NCBI GenBank assembly: GCA_024639505.1
Contig: JAHEIE010000013.1
Coordinates: 1-49,558 of the forward strand
Origin: Crocinitomicaceae bacterium
GTDB lineage: Bacteria > Bacteroidota > Bacteroidia > Flavobacteriales_D > CAJJDF01
Direction of reading: 5' to 3'
Length of the DNA stretch: 49,558 nt
Made by a program: the position numbers and the translations under genes. The notes beneath the pieces are model-generated. The model made no database searches. It saw only the letters and a list, made by a program, of their open reading frames with translations, and was not told where the DNA came from. This document shows, in pieces, positions 1 to 9,117 of this stretch. The first letter of the stretch is position 1. Every line of letters begins with the position of its first letter.

Positions 1-875
1 CTTATTTTGAGATAACCCACACTCGAATCCTTCATGAATACGTAATTCCTTGTGTATCGTTCTGTTCTCTTGTCGTAGCCTCTTATGTGGTTTCGTTTGT
101 TGTCTGTTTTTTTTGTGTCTACCGTGTCTTTTGCAGCTTCTTTTTCTTCCGATTTTTTATCTTTTTTTACCTTTTTATTATCCAATAAACTAGAGTCAAT
201 TTCTCTATAGAAAGTGGTGTCAAAAACAAGGTTGTTTTGCTTTAATGTAAGTGTAACAGAATCCAAAGTTGGGTTTTCAACTCGGTAATAAGAAGGTAAA
301 AACAAACCTTCTCTTCGCTCATAAAATGTAGTATTGAAACCATCGCTAGATCTCAAGAAATTATGTTTTTTAAGGATGTCTGACACCTCAAAAGAATCTA
401 TTTTCAATATCTCAGCAAATTGCAGGGATTTGACTGAGTCAAAAACGTCCGAAATTATTATTTTATCTTCAATTCTTTCAAATTCTAATTTAGTAAAATC
501 ATTCTTTGTGTTTTTAAATCGCTCTTCGTACTCTTCTTTTTCAAATCGATCCAAAGGAAAGCCTACTGAATTGTGTCCTTGTCTTATTTCGGAAACTAAA
601 GGAGAAAGTATGTAATAAAACTCTTTACTTGTGACAGGAGTGTTTATGGAGTTTTTTACGCTATCAATTTTTCTACCTAGTTCTTCTTTGGAGATAAACC
701 AGTATAAGTTGGGGTGAAGTTTTTCAATTTTTTTAAAAGTATAATCAATATCTTGATGAATTTCTTTAACAGAATGTTTAGTATTGATTGTCTCATTGTA
801 CTTTTTTACCGAGTTGCAGCTCGAAACAAAAATAAAAACAGCAAAAAGAGAGAGTAACTTTGTATAAATGGTCAT
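1..875 (-). CDS. S41-family peptidase-like lipoprotein, N-terminal ~291 codons; the 3' end lies beyond the window start
   Basis: Not in the ORF track because there is no stop inside the window. My hand translation of the minus strand from ATG 875..873 stays open to position 1. It reads MTIYTKLLSLFAVFIFVSSCNSVKK (lipoprotein-type signal), then KEFYYILSPLVSEIRQGHNSVGFP, then RNYVFMKDSSVGYLKI. I recognise this as the N-terminal region typical of Bacteroidota S41 (tail-specific-protease-like) peptidases. The catalytic part is outside the window. Confidence 0.6.
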   Translation of the reverse strand, partial: MTIYTKLLSLFAVFIFVSSCNSVKKYNETINTKHSVKEIHQDIDYTFKKIEKLHPNLYWFISKEELGRKIDSVKNSINTPVTSKEFYYILSPLVSEIRQGHNSVGFPLDRFEKEEYEERFKNTKNDFTKLEFERIEDKIIISDVFDSVKSLQFAEILKIDSFEVSDILKKHNFLRSSDGFNTTFYERREGLFLPSYYRVENPTLDSVTLTLKQNNLVFDTTFYREIDSSLLDNKKVKKDKKSEEKEAAKDTVDTKKTDNKRNHIRGYDKRTERYTRNYVFMKDSSVGYLKI

Positions 876-944
876 AAAATAAAGTAATGTTTTAGTAAAA
901 ATAGGAATATCCATTAGATTTTGATGAATTATCTGATAGACTCT

Positions 945-952
945 TAACTTTG
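945..952 (+). promoter_or_regulatory. Candidate Bacteroidota -7 promoter box (TAnnTTTG) for dapB
   Basis: TAACTTTG lies 45 nt upstream of the dapB ATG, in the 121-bp divergent spacer. Confidence 0.4.
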
Positions 953-996
953 TAAAAGATTTTTTTGAGTAAATTTAGTATTAAACACATACAGAA

Positions 997-1713
997 ATGA
1001 AAATAGCATTGTTGGGATACGGCAAAATGGGGAAAGAGATAGAAAAAGTAGCGCTGAGTAATGGGCATTCGATTGTATTGAAGGTTTCTTCTTCAAATTC
1101 AGATTTCGACTCTTCCGAATTGTCAAATGCAGATGTTGCAATTGAGTTCAGTAAGCCCGAGCTTGCTATTTCGAACATAAAGAAATGTTTTCAAGCGCAG
1201 GTTCCAATTGTGGTTGGCACTACGGGTTGGTATCACGATTATCAAAGTATAGAGAAGTTGTGTAGGCAACAAAATCAATCGCTTCTTTATGCTACGAATT
1301 TCAGTATTGGGGTGAATTTGTTTTTTAAATTGAATGAACAACTCGCCAAAATGATGAAAAATCATCCGGCATACAGCATCGAAGTTGAAGAAATTCATCA
1401 CACTCAAAAACTAGATGCACCTAGCGGAACAGGAATCTCAATTGCCGAACAAATTATTGCAAATAATTCAACTAAAGAATCTTGGGTCAATAGGGTTTCA
1501 GAGAATGAAAATGAATTGAGTATTGTTTCCAAAAGAATAGATGATGTTCCAGGAACTCATTCTGTTTACTACAAATCTACTACTGACGAAATAGAAATTA
1601 AGCATACTGCCCACAACCGCAGTGGGTTTGCTATTGGAGCAGTGCTAGCAGCAGAATGGATTGCAAGTAACAAAGGTGGAATTTATACAATGAATGATGT
1701 ACTTTCGTTTTAA
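997..1713 (+). CDS. dapB: 4-hydroxy-tetrahydrodipicolinate reductase
   Basis: 238 aa. N-terminal Rossmann motif GYGKMG. EEIHHTQKLDAPSGTG matches the DapB E-x-HH-x-K-x-DAPSGT signature. Confidence 0.93.
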   Translation: MKIALLGYGKMGKEIEKVALSNGHSIVLKVSSSNSDFDSSELSNADVAIEFSKPELAISNIKKCFQAQVPIVVGTTGWYHDYQSIEKLCRQQNQSLLYATNFSIGVNLFFKLNEQLAKMMKNHPAYSIEVEEIHHTQKLDAPSGTGISIAEQIIANNSTKESWVNRVSENENELSIVSKRIDDVPGTHSVYYKSTTDEIEIKHTAHNRSGFAIGAVLAAEWIASNKGGIYTMNDVLSF

Positions 1714-1729
1714 CTAAAAAAAGTACAAA

Positions 1730-2515
1730 ATGGAGTTAGAAAAAATTGTAGAAAACGAATTAGGAAGTCTAAGAGCTGAATTGAGAAATCACAAGCTTTA
1801 CCAAGCCCTAGAGAGTATAGATGATGTAAAATTATTTATGCAAAATCACGTATTTGCAGTGTGGGATTTCATGTCTTTATTAAAATCTATCCAAATTGAA
1901 TTGACAACTGTAACAGTTCCTTGGATTCCAAGATCTAATGGGAAATTGGCAAGGTTTATCAATGAAATTGTGCATGGAGAGGAGAGTGATGTAAATGAAT
2001 TGGGAGAGCCAAAGAGTCATTTTGAAATGTACATCGATTCTATGGATCAAATTGGAGCAAGCACTTCGGATATCGTTGCTTTTATGGAAAAGATAAAAGA
2101 AGGTCTTTCAGTATCAGATTCATTGAATTCAGTTGATATTCATCCCGATGTAAAGGCCTTTGTGATGTATAGTTTCGAGGTGATTTCGACTAATCAACCT
2201 CATTTGGTTGCTTCGTCATTTACTTTTGGTAGAGAAGATATAATTCCCGACATGTTTGTGGAATTGTTGAAGCAATCTGACCCAAATAATGAAAAATATA
2301 CTAAATTGAGCTACTATTTTGAGCGTCATATCGAATTGGATGGAGACGAACACGGGCCACTTTCGTTAGAAATGATGGATGAACTGTGTGAAAACAATCC
2401 AAAAAAATGGAATGAGGCCATGGAAGTAGCAAAAAAATCTCTGACTTACCGCATAGGTTTGTGGGATGCTATTCATGAACAGCTCGTTCAAGCTAAAACT
2501 CTTGAGCTAGCATAA
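1730..2515 (+). CDS. DUF3050-family protein (heme-oxygenase-like fold), function unknown
   Basis: 261 aa. NHVFAVWDFMSLLKS and INEIVHGEESD segments match my memory of DUF3050. The gene starts 16 nt after dapB and ends 10 nt before aroB. Confidence 0.65.
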   Translation: MELEKIVENELGSLRAELRNHKLYQALESIDDVKLFMQNHVFAVWDFMSLLKSIQIELTTVTVPWIPRSNGKLARFINEIVHGEESDVNELGEPKSHFEMYIDSMDQIGASTSDIVAFMEKIKEGLSVSDSLNSVDIHPDVKAFVMYSFEVISTNQPHLVASSFTFGREDIIPDMFVELLKQSDPNNEKYTKLSYYFERHIELDGDEHGPLSLEMMDELCENNPKKWNEAMEVAKKSLTYRIGLWDAIHEQLVQAKTLELA

Positions 2516-2525
2516 TTTTACCGTT

Positions 2526-3578
2526 ATGTCATTGCCAATTTGTTACCAAGGTCCAATTTCTGATTTTGATTCAGTTCTTACAAGTTTTGAGAAAAAATGG
2601 ACAAACTTGTACATTTTGGTAGATGAAAACACTAAAATTGATTGTTTGCCTCGACTTTTGGATTCTTCGAAGGTTTTAAAAGAAGCTAATTTATTAGTTC
2701 TTGATCCGGGTGAAGACACCAAAACAATTGAAATTGCGGATTCTCTGTGGAGTTCGCTGCTAGAAACGGGCGCAGACAGAAAATCACTGATAATCAATTT
2801 GGGTGGAGGAGTAGTAACGGATTTAGGAGGATTTGTTGCTTCAACTTTCAAAAGAGGAATAGATTTTATTCACATTCCTACAACCTTACTTGGGCAGGTA
2901 GATGCTGCAATTGGCGGAAAGACTGGTGTTAATTTAGAGTATTCCAAGAATCAAGTTGGAACCTTTGCTCATCCTTTGTTTGTGTACACCGATTCTCAGT
3001 TTTTAAAGACACTTCCAGAGCGAGAATTAATCTCTGGCTTGGCAGAAGTAGTGAAATATGGTTTGATAGCTGATAAGAGCTTATTTTCGTTACTAAAGGA
3101 TAAAGATAGTCTGATTGCCAATCTCGATGTTCTTATTTCAACTTCTATTAAATTAAAAGAGGAATTTGTTGTAGCAGATTTTAAAGAAACTGGAGAACGA
3201 AAAAAACTAAACTTTGGGCATACAATAGGTCATGCTGTCGAATCCTATTTTATGGGAGATGTTCTGCATGGCGAAGCCATTGCCTTAGGAATGATTTGCG
3301 AAAGCTACATTTCTTTTCAAATGGAGAAAATTACTGAATCAGAATTGAATGAAGTTGTAGAAATGATTTTTTCATTTTTTGAGAAGATAGAATTGGAAAC
3401 TAAAATGTTTGATTCCTTGCTTGATGAAATGAGAGCAGATAAAAAAAATGAAGATGGGAAGTTAAATTTCACCTTGATTATTGGAATTGGCGAAAGTGAA
3501 ATCAATTATTTTATTGACGAAAAACTAGTTATTGAAAGCTTAAACTTTTACTCAACTATAAATAATTTAAAAAATTGA
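2526..3578 (+). CDS. aroB: 3-dehydroquinate synthase
   Basis: 350 aa. GGGVVTDLGGFVASTFKRGIDFIHIPTTLLGQVDAAIGGKTGVN core. HTIGHAVE and HGEAIALG metal-ligand segments. Confidence 0.9.
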   Translation: MSLPICYQGPISDFDSVLTSFEKKWTNLYILVDENTKIDCLPRLLDSSKVLKEANLLVLDPGEDTKTIEIADSLWSSLLETGADRKSLIINLGGGVVTDLGGFVASTFKRGIDFIHIPTTLLGQVDAAIGGKTGVNLEYSKNQVGTFAHPLFVYTDSQFLKTLPERELISGLAEVVKYGLIADKSLFSLLKDKDSLIANLDVLISTSIKLKEEFVVADFKETGERKKLNFGHTIGHAVESYFMGDVLHGEAIALGMICESYISFQMEKITESELNEVVEMIFSFFEKIELETKMFDSLLDEMRADKKNEDGKLNFTLIIGIGESEINYFIDEKLVIESLNFYSTINNLKN

Positions 3579-4786
3579 AAACAAGATTGTTAAATAGTGA
3601 TTTCAGTCTTAAACATTCGGTTTCTTTACCTGGTTCAAAAAGTGTATGCAACCGATTGTTAGTGCTGCGGTATTTGATGAATAATTCATTTGATTTGAAA
3701 GGTGTTTCTACAGCTGACGATTCAAAAATAATGAATGAAATTCTTTCTCAAAAAGAAGTGTCAGGATTGTTGGATGTGAAAAATGCTGGAACTTGTTTTC
3801 GTTTTTTGACAGCTGTTTGTGCTTTAGGCAACCACGAAGTAATTTTGACAGGAAGTGACGAAATGAAAAGAAGACCTATCAAGGAATTGGTAGATGCTTT
3901 GAGAATGATAGGTGCTGATATTTCGTACACAGAAAAGGAAGGTTTTCCTCCTTTGAAAATTAAAGGAAAAAAACTGACAGGAGGGCTTGTTTCCATAAAT
4001 TCTCAGATAAGTAGTCAATACATTTCGGCATTACTGTTGATCGCTCCTTTTTTGGCAAAAGGACTCACTATAGAAGTGAAAGGCGAGCCAAAATCAAAGT
4101 CTTATTCTGATATGACGATTTCTTTGCTCAAAAAGCTAGGGGTTAAAATAAAAGAAGACAGCAGGTTGATTTCGGTTGAACCAATATCAAAAATGTACAC
4201 AAAAGAAGTAGAAGTGGAGTCCGATTGGTCTTCGGCATCTTATTGGTATGAATTAATAGCGCTGTCAGAAGTTCATTCAAAGATTCAAATAAATAGACTT
4301 AATGTAATTAGTTATCAAGGAGATAGTGAGATTAAAAACATGTTTGAAAAGTTCGGAGTAGTTACGTTGGAAGGTTCGGATGGGATTGAGATTGTAAAAG
4401 CCAAAATGCCTACAATTGATTATTTCGACTATGATTTTTCATCCATTCCAGACATGGTTCAGACTTTTGTGATGACCTGTGTAGGTTTGGGAATGAATGG
4501 AACATTTCGAGGTATTTCTCATTTGGTGTACAAAGAAACGAATAGAATAGAGGCTTTGAAAACAGAAATAGTGAAGCTCAATTATTCTTTAGAAATGAAT
4601 GGGAAGGATACTTTTGAAATCAAAAAAATAGGCGAATTGCCTCATTCAATTTCTGTAGCTACCTATCACGATCACCGAATGGCTATGGCTTTTGCTCCAT
4701 TAGTTGCCGTAGTAAACGAAGTAGAGATTGAAAACCCAAATGTGGTTGTTAAGAGTTATCCTGAGTTTTGGGAAGAGTTTATTTAA
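3575..4786 (+). CDS. aroA: 3-phosphoshikimate 1-carboxyvinyltransferase (EPSP synthase)
   Basis: 403 aa. LPGSKSVCNRLLVL and NAGTCFRFLTA motifs. The TTG start overlaps the aroB TGA (TTGA), and there is no nearby in-frame ATG. Confidence 0.9.
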   Translation: MKTRLLNSDFSLKHSVSLPGSKSVCNRLLVLRYLMNNSFDLKGVSTADDSKIMNEILSQKEVSGLLDVKNAGTCFRFLTAVCALGNHEVILTGSDEMKRRPIKELVDALRMIGADISYTEKEGFPPLKIKGKKLTGGLVSINSQISSQYISALLLIAPFLAKGLTIEVKGEPKSKSYSDMTISLLKKLGVKIKEDSRLISVEPISKMYTKEVEVESDWSSASYWYELIALSEVHSKIQINRLNVISYQGDSEIKNMFEKFGVVTLEGSDGIEIVKAKMPTIDYFDYDFSSIPDMVQTFVMTCVGLGMNGTFRGISHLVYKETNRIEALKTEIVKLNYSLEMNGKDTFEIKKIGELPHSISVATYHDHRMAMAFAPLVAVVNEVEIENPNVVVKSYPEFWEEFI

Positions 4787-5354
4787 ACTCCTTCACTTCT
4801 TTCCATTCACCACTTTTTATATCTCCCAAAACAACATTTCCTATGCGTACTCTTACCAAGCGAAGAGTTGGAAACCCAACAGCAGCAGTCATTTTACGAA
4901 CCTGTCTGAATTTTCCTTCGGTAATTGTAATGGAAACCCAGCTTGTAGGTCCGTGTCGTTCGTCACGGATTTTTTTGGCTCTTTCTTCAAAGTCTGGAAT
5001 TGTTTCTAACTGAAATGCTTTTCCAGGAATGGTAGTGTATTTCTCTTTTTTAACGGTTATTTCAACACCGTTTTGCAATTGTGAAATAGCCTCTTTAGTA
5101 ATTTCTCCATCCACTTGTACGTAGTACTCTTTTTCTACCTGTTTACTCCGTACTTCATGGCTTTGCATTCCGTCAGTTGTAAGGAATATCAGTCCTTCAG
5201 AAGGTTCGTCTAACCTACCAATTGCCATTGTGCCTTCTGGAAAAACACCCAATTCACTTAATAATTTTTTGTTTTTACGCGTAGTTTCAGTGCGCACAAA
5301 TTGAGATAAATATCCGTAAGGTTTGTGGAGTATAAAGTGTTTGTGAGAAGGCAT
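4779..5354 (-). CDS. RsuA/RluE-family rRNA pseudouridine synthase (no S4 domain)
   Basis: AIGRLDEPSEGLIFLTTDG is the catalytic Asp motif. I prefer ATG 5354 (MPSHKHFILHKPYGYLSQF) over the track start 5387. The 3' end overlaps aroA by 8 nt (convergent). Confidence 0.85.
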   Translation of the reverse strand: MPSHKHFILHKPYGYLSQFVRTETTRKNKKLLSELGVFPEGTMAIGRLDEPSEGLIFLTTDGMQSHEVRSKQVEKEYYVQVDGEITKEAISQLQNGVEITVKKEKYTTIPGKAFQLETIPDFEERAKKIRDERHGPTSWVSITITEGKFRQVRKMTAAVGFPTLRLVRVRIGNVVLGDIKSGEWKEVKEFK

Positions 5355-5460
5355 GGTGTAAAAGTAATGAAAATCCCATCCCAACATTCACAAAGGGTTG
5401 GAAGAGAATTCTCTATGTAAAATTTTTGAAATCATTTTAATTCTGAATAAAATAAAACGA

Positions 5461-5501
5461 GTAACCAGCAACCGGTAACCTGAAACTAGTAACCAGCAAC
5501 C
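5461..5501. repeat. Two copies of a 13-nt direct repeat, GTAACCAGCAACC, with a GGTAACC between them
   Basis: Copies at 5461..5473 and 5489..5501, with GGTAACC at 5474..5480. The repeat abuts the helicase stop codon and lies upstream of the pseudouridine synthase gene. Confidence 0.6.
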
Positions 5502-6861
5502 TATCGTCCATCTCCTTTCTTAGGTTTTCTTCTAATTTTATTCTGATCTCCTCTAGTTTTTGGCTTTTTGTATTTCAAGTTTTTTCTACGAAGTCTTGGG
5601 TTTCCTCCATTCTTCATTTGATTTTTCTCTTTCTTTTCATGAAAGCTCGCTCCTCTAGTTTCGTCTTTTTTAGCATGAATGTTAAGCTCTTTGGCTTTTG
5701 GACGTTCGTCAGGAGTCAAGTCATTAGAAATAGCAACAGACTCAGGAAATTTTTTCTTTTCGATGGTAGTTCCCATCAAAGTTTCAATTTTCTCTTTGTC
5801 TTGGGTCTCTTTTTCTGTGTACAAAAGAATTGAATTTCCTTTCTTTTCTGCTCTTCCTGTTCTACCAATTCTATGCATGTAGTTTTCAGGATAATTCGGT
5901 GTATCCATGTTTATAACATGCGAAACTTCGTCCAAATCCAGTCCACGAGCCATTACATCAGTACTTATCAATATTCTGTTTGTTCCTTCATCAAAACGTT
6001 TGATAGACTTTATTCTGTAATTCTGCGACTTATTGGAGTGAACCACACCCAATTCTCTCCCGAATTTCTCGTCCATCGCATTGAAAAGTCTGTCGGCATT
6101 TGTTTTACTAGAAACAAAAATCAATACTTTTTTAAATTGGTCCTTGTCTTTTAGCAAGTGCATAAGCAGATTTGCTTTGGTGTAAAAGTTTTGGACCGGA
6201 TAAGCAATTTGCTTTATGTTGGCTAGTGGCGTACCCGATACAGCAATAGAAATGGTGATTGGCGCAATAAAAAACGCTTCAATCAATTCCTTAATTTCAT
6301 CAGTCATTGTAGCTGAGAACATTGTATTCTGACGTTTTTCAGGCAACAACTCAAAAATATTTGTCAATTGAAATCTAAAACCTAAATCGAGCATTACATC
6401 TACTTCATCAATCACTAGTTTTTGAATAGATTTTAGACTCAATGCCCTGTGCATTACTAAGTCGTACAGTCTTCCTGGAGTTGCAACCAATACATCTACA
6501 CCGGCACCTACGGCTAGTTTTTGTGTATTGATATTCGTTCCTCCATACACCCCAACTACTCTTGTTGTCATGTATTTGGAGTAGTCTTTTACGTTTTCAA
6601 CAACCTGAAGTACCAATTCACGTGTAGGAACTAATATTAATACTCTTGGATTCTTTTGTTCAGAATATTTCAGTCCATCCAAAAACGGCAATGAAAATGC
6701 CAAAGTTTTCCCAGTTCCTGTTTGTGCAATACCAATTACATTCCTCCCTGATTTTATTACAGAATACGACTCTTCTTGAATAGGAGTAGGAGTAGTGATA
6801 TTAAGATCCTCAAGAGCATTGAGTAAATATTTTGATATTTTGAAATCGTGAAACGTTGACA
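5501..6861 (-). CDS. DEAD-box ATP-dependent RNA helicase with a basic C-terminal tail
   Basis: Q-motif region TPTPIQEE. AQTGTGKT, DEVD, SAT and HRIGRTGRA motifs. Lys/Arg-rich last ~70 aa. The track start is TTG 6880. ATG 6861 (MSTFHDF) lies just downstream of a TAnnTTTG box, so I prefer it. Confidence 0.9.
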
Positions 6862-6877
6862 TTGTATTACTTTTTTT

Positions 6878-6885
6878 CAAAAGTA
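6878..6885 (-). promoter_or_regulatory. Candidate -7 promoter box (TACTTTTG on the minus strand) for the DEAD-box helicase
   Basis: Plus-strand CAAAAGTA at 6878..6885. This is 17 nt upstream of ATG 6861. Confidence 0.45.
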
Positions 6886-6968
6886 CGGGTTTTATATCGA
6901 TTTAATTTTGACTAGTAGATATTATTAAATAAATACGGGTATAATCATTATCTAAAATTGATAAATAT

Positions 6969-7190
6969 ATGGCCTTATTATTACTGCTGGCAATCATTGG
7001 GCTTGCGGCACTTTTTGTAATTGGAATGAATAATTGCCTTGTTTGCTGAAGAAATCAAGTCAAAAATTCTTTCAGTTTGATTGATGTTATGCTAAAAAAA
7101 AGATTTAATCTTTCACCCAATTTAATTGAAATAATATAGCAATATGCTAACAGTGAGAAGGAAAAGTATTGCAAAATATTGTTGAATTGA
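6969..7190 (+). pseudogene. Decayed lemA-like gene remnant (N-terminal part, three in-frame stops)
   Basis: One frame reads MALLLLLAIIGLAALFVIGMNNCLVC*RNQVKNSFSLIDVMLKKRFNLSPNLIEII*QYANSEKEKYCKILLN*. This follows the LemA pattern: a TM helix, then YNxLVxLRNxVxxAWSxIDVQLKRRxDLIPNLVExVKxYAxHEKE. Called from memory, with no search run. Confidence 0.5.
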
Positions 7191-7362
7191 GAAATGGTTT
7201 ATAGCGAGCTAATTTACCGAAGGAACAAAGAGTGAATCTAAAGAGTGATTTAACGAAACAGAGTAGTTTTTATGGTTACAGATTTTGATAAACACATAAA
7301 AAATAAGACTTATGTTTTTACTATTTGAGGAAAATGGTTTTCACAATTTAAGTAGAGCGACA

Positions 7363-8949
7363 TTATTGAATTATTATTTTTTGATGTAGCTGTATATCTC
7401 CTGTTTGAACTAATGCTATGTAGATCCCTGGTTGTGTAATGTCTTGAATCTGAATTGAATTATTTCGAAGAGATGTTTTTAATTCTTTTCCAGTCAAACT
7501 ATAAATCTTTACATTTTTAACTACGGCTTTAGATTTGATATATAGTTTCTCACCTTTTTTGAGAGGATTTGGGAATAAAACAACATTGCTTCCTAACTTT
7601 TCAAAATCTTCAATCGATGTGTGAGTTGTATCGCTTGTAGTTGTATCACTTATTTCTTCTAACTTGGTAATAATTCGGCACATGGAAGAAGTGAAGTAGC
7701 AAGTGCCTCCATCGCAATCAGATGAGTTGCCACCTAAAAAAACTTTATCATCTTTATATACTGTCATACATTCAGCACCATTTGACTCCCATCTCATTCC
7801 TACTTGATTCAAAAACATACCGTTGTTGGCAAATACAGAATCAATTGTTCCATCGGGTAATAATTTCAACAAAGAAAAGTAAGAATCAGTGGTGTTTCCA
7901 GCTGATCCTGATATGAATAATTCTCCATTAGAGGAATATAATATTTCGGAAAAATTAATATTTAACCCACTATTATGATAATTTAAAACTCCGTTTGTGG
8001 CAAACGTTGAATCATATTCTCCATTAGGTTTTAATTTAAACACAAAAGCATTTAGAATACCGCTTACCAGATATTCGCCAGCAACGATTATTTTATTTTT
8101 GTCAGTTAAGATTTCATTTGTTGCAACTTGATAAGTATCTGCGCCTTGAAAGCTCCATTCTTTGTATCCAAGCGAATTAAAACCATTGTCTAACACTCCA
8201 TTTTGATTAAACTTTACCAAAAGAACTACATTGTTTCCTGCGCTGCTTCCACAAGCTGCGGCAATAATATTTTGATTTGAGTCAATCGCTAAATCGGAAA
8301 AAGCCGAAACTGAACCGCTAGGCAATACAAAATCTGCTCGTCCGCTCGTTCCAAAACCTAATGCGATGTTACCGTTTGTGTCGATTTTAGTTACTGTTAA
8401 TTTAGTTACACTACTCGCTAAGTCAGTAAATCGAGCTCCAATGAAACAATTGTTGAATTGATCAAATGTAATACTGTTTGTAATATCGACTATAGGTGTT
8501 GCGTAATTTATTGTTCGACTTCCAAAATTACCAAAAGTTGCATCAATTGAACCATTAATATTTATTCTAGTGACAAATTTTTCTCGCCCTAATTTACCTG
8601 ATAAATACAATTTTCCAGCAACGTAATGTATGCCTTTTACCGCAGGAGAAACTCCATTTATTTGATACGTAAAAACTCCACTGGTACCGAAACTTGAGTC
8701 AATAGATCCATCTGTTTTTAATTTTATCATTGCTGAAGGTCCGGTTCCAGCAGTAATTTGAGCTACATAAACTAAAGTGGAATCGGGCAATGATACACTT
8801 GCTACAATAGATTGGTATTGATTGAGATAACCATCCCAAAATTCACCAATTGATAAAAAACTTGAATCTAATTTTGCGGGAACTTGAGATTTTCCAAAAA
8901 CAAAAAAGCACGTAAAAAGAGCAACAATGGTTGTAGCTTTAGTATTCAT
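7363..8949 (-). CDS. Secreted delta-60-repeat protein with a T9SS C-terminal sorting domain
   Basis: 528 aa with a signal peptide. Recurring D(S/A)xFGxxG repeats: DSSFGTSGV, DATFGNFGS, ALGFGTSGRA, LDNGFNSLGY, YDSTFATNGV, IDSVFANNGM. The C-terminus VVLFPNPLKKGEKLYIKS...GIYIALVQTGD...QKIIIQ is a Por-secretion-tail pattern. Confidence 0.8.
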   Translation of the reverse strand: MNTKATTIVALFTCFFVFGKSQVPAKLDSSFLSIGEFWDGYLNQYQSIVASVSLPDSTLVYVAQITAGTGPSAMIKLKTDGSIDSSFGTSGVFTYQINGVSPAVKGIHYVAGKLYLSGKLGREKFVTRININGSIDATFGNFGSRTINYATPIVDITNSITFDQFNNCFIGARFTDLASSVTKLTVTKIDTNGNIALGFGTSGRADFVLPSGSVSAFSDLAIDSNQNIIAAACGSSAGNNVVLLVKFNQNGVLDNGFNSLGYKEWSFQGADTYQVATNEILTDKNKIIVAGEYLVSGILNAFVFKLKPNGEYDSTFATNGVLNYHNSGLNINFSEILYSSNGELFISGSAGNTTDSYFSLLKLLPDGTIDSVFANNGMFLNQVGMRWESNGAECMTVYKDDKVFLGGNSSDCDGGTCYFTSSMCRIITKLEEISDTTTSDTTHTSIEDFEKLGSNVVLFPNPLKKGEKLYIKSKAVVKNVKIYSLTGKELKTSLRNNSIQIQDITQPGIYIALVQTGDIQLHQKIIIQ

Positions 8950-9117
8950 TTCATTAGATTTTAAACAAAATAAGAATTTAAACTCTATTCTGCGGTAATA
9001 AAGTTGATAAACACTCTTTTTTTATTAGTCAAGTGTTTTTTTTATAAAGCATAAACGCATTAAAATTATTTATTGAAGTTATTATATTATCTTAGAGCAT
9101 AACCTCAAATTACAGGT

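Noticed and set aside
334-615. Plus-strand 93-aa ORF from the track
   Set aside because: It lies antisense inside the 291-codon minus-strand S41-like ORF, which has a lipoprotein signal and recognisable family motifs. Its own product is low-complexity with no motif.
4728-5013. Two plus-strand ORFs (93 and 81 aa) downstream of aroA
   Set aside because: Both lie antisense within the pseudouridine synthase gene, which has the catalytic motif. They have no features of their own.
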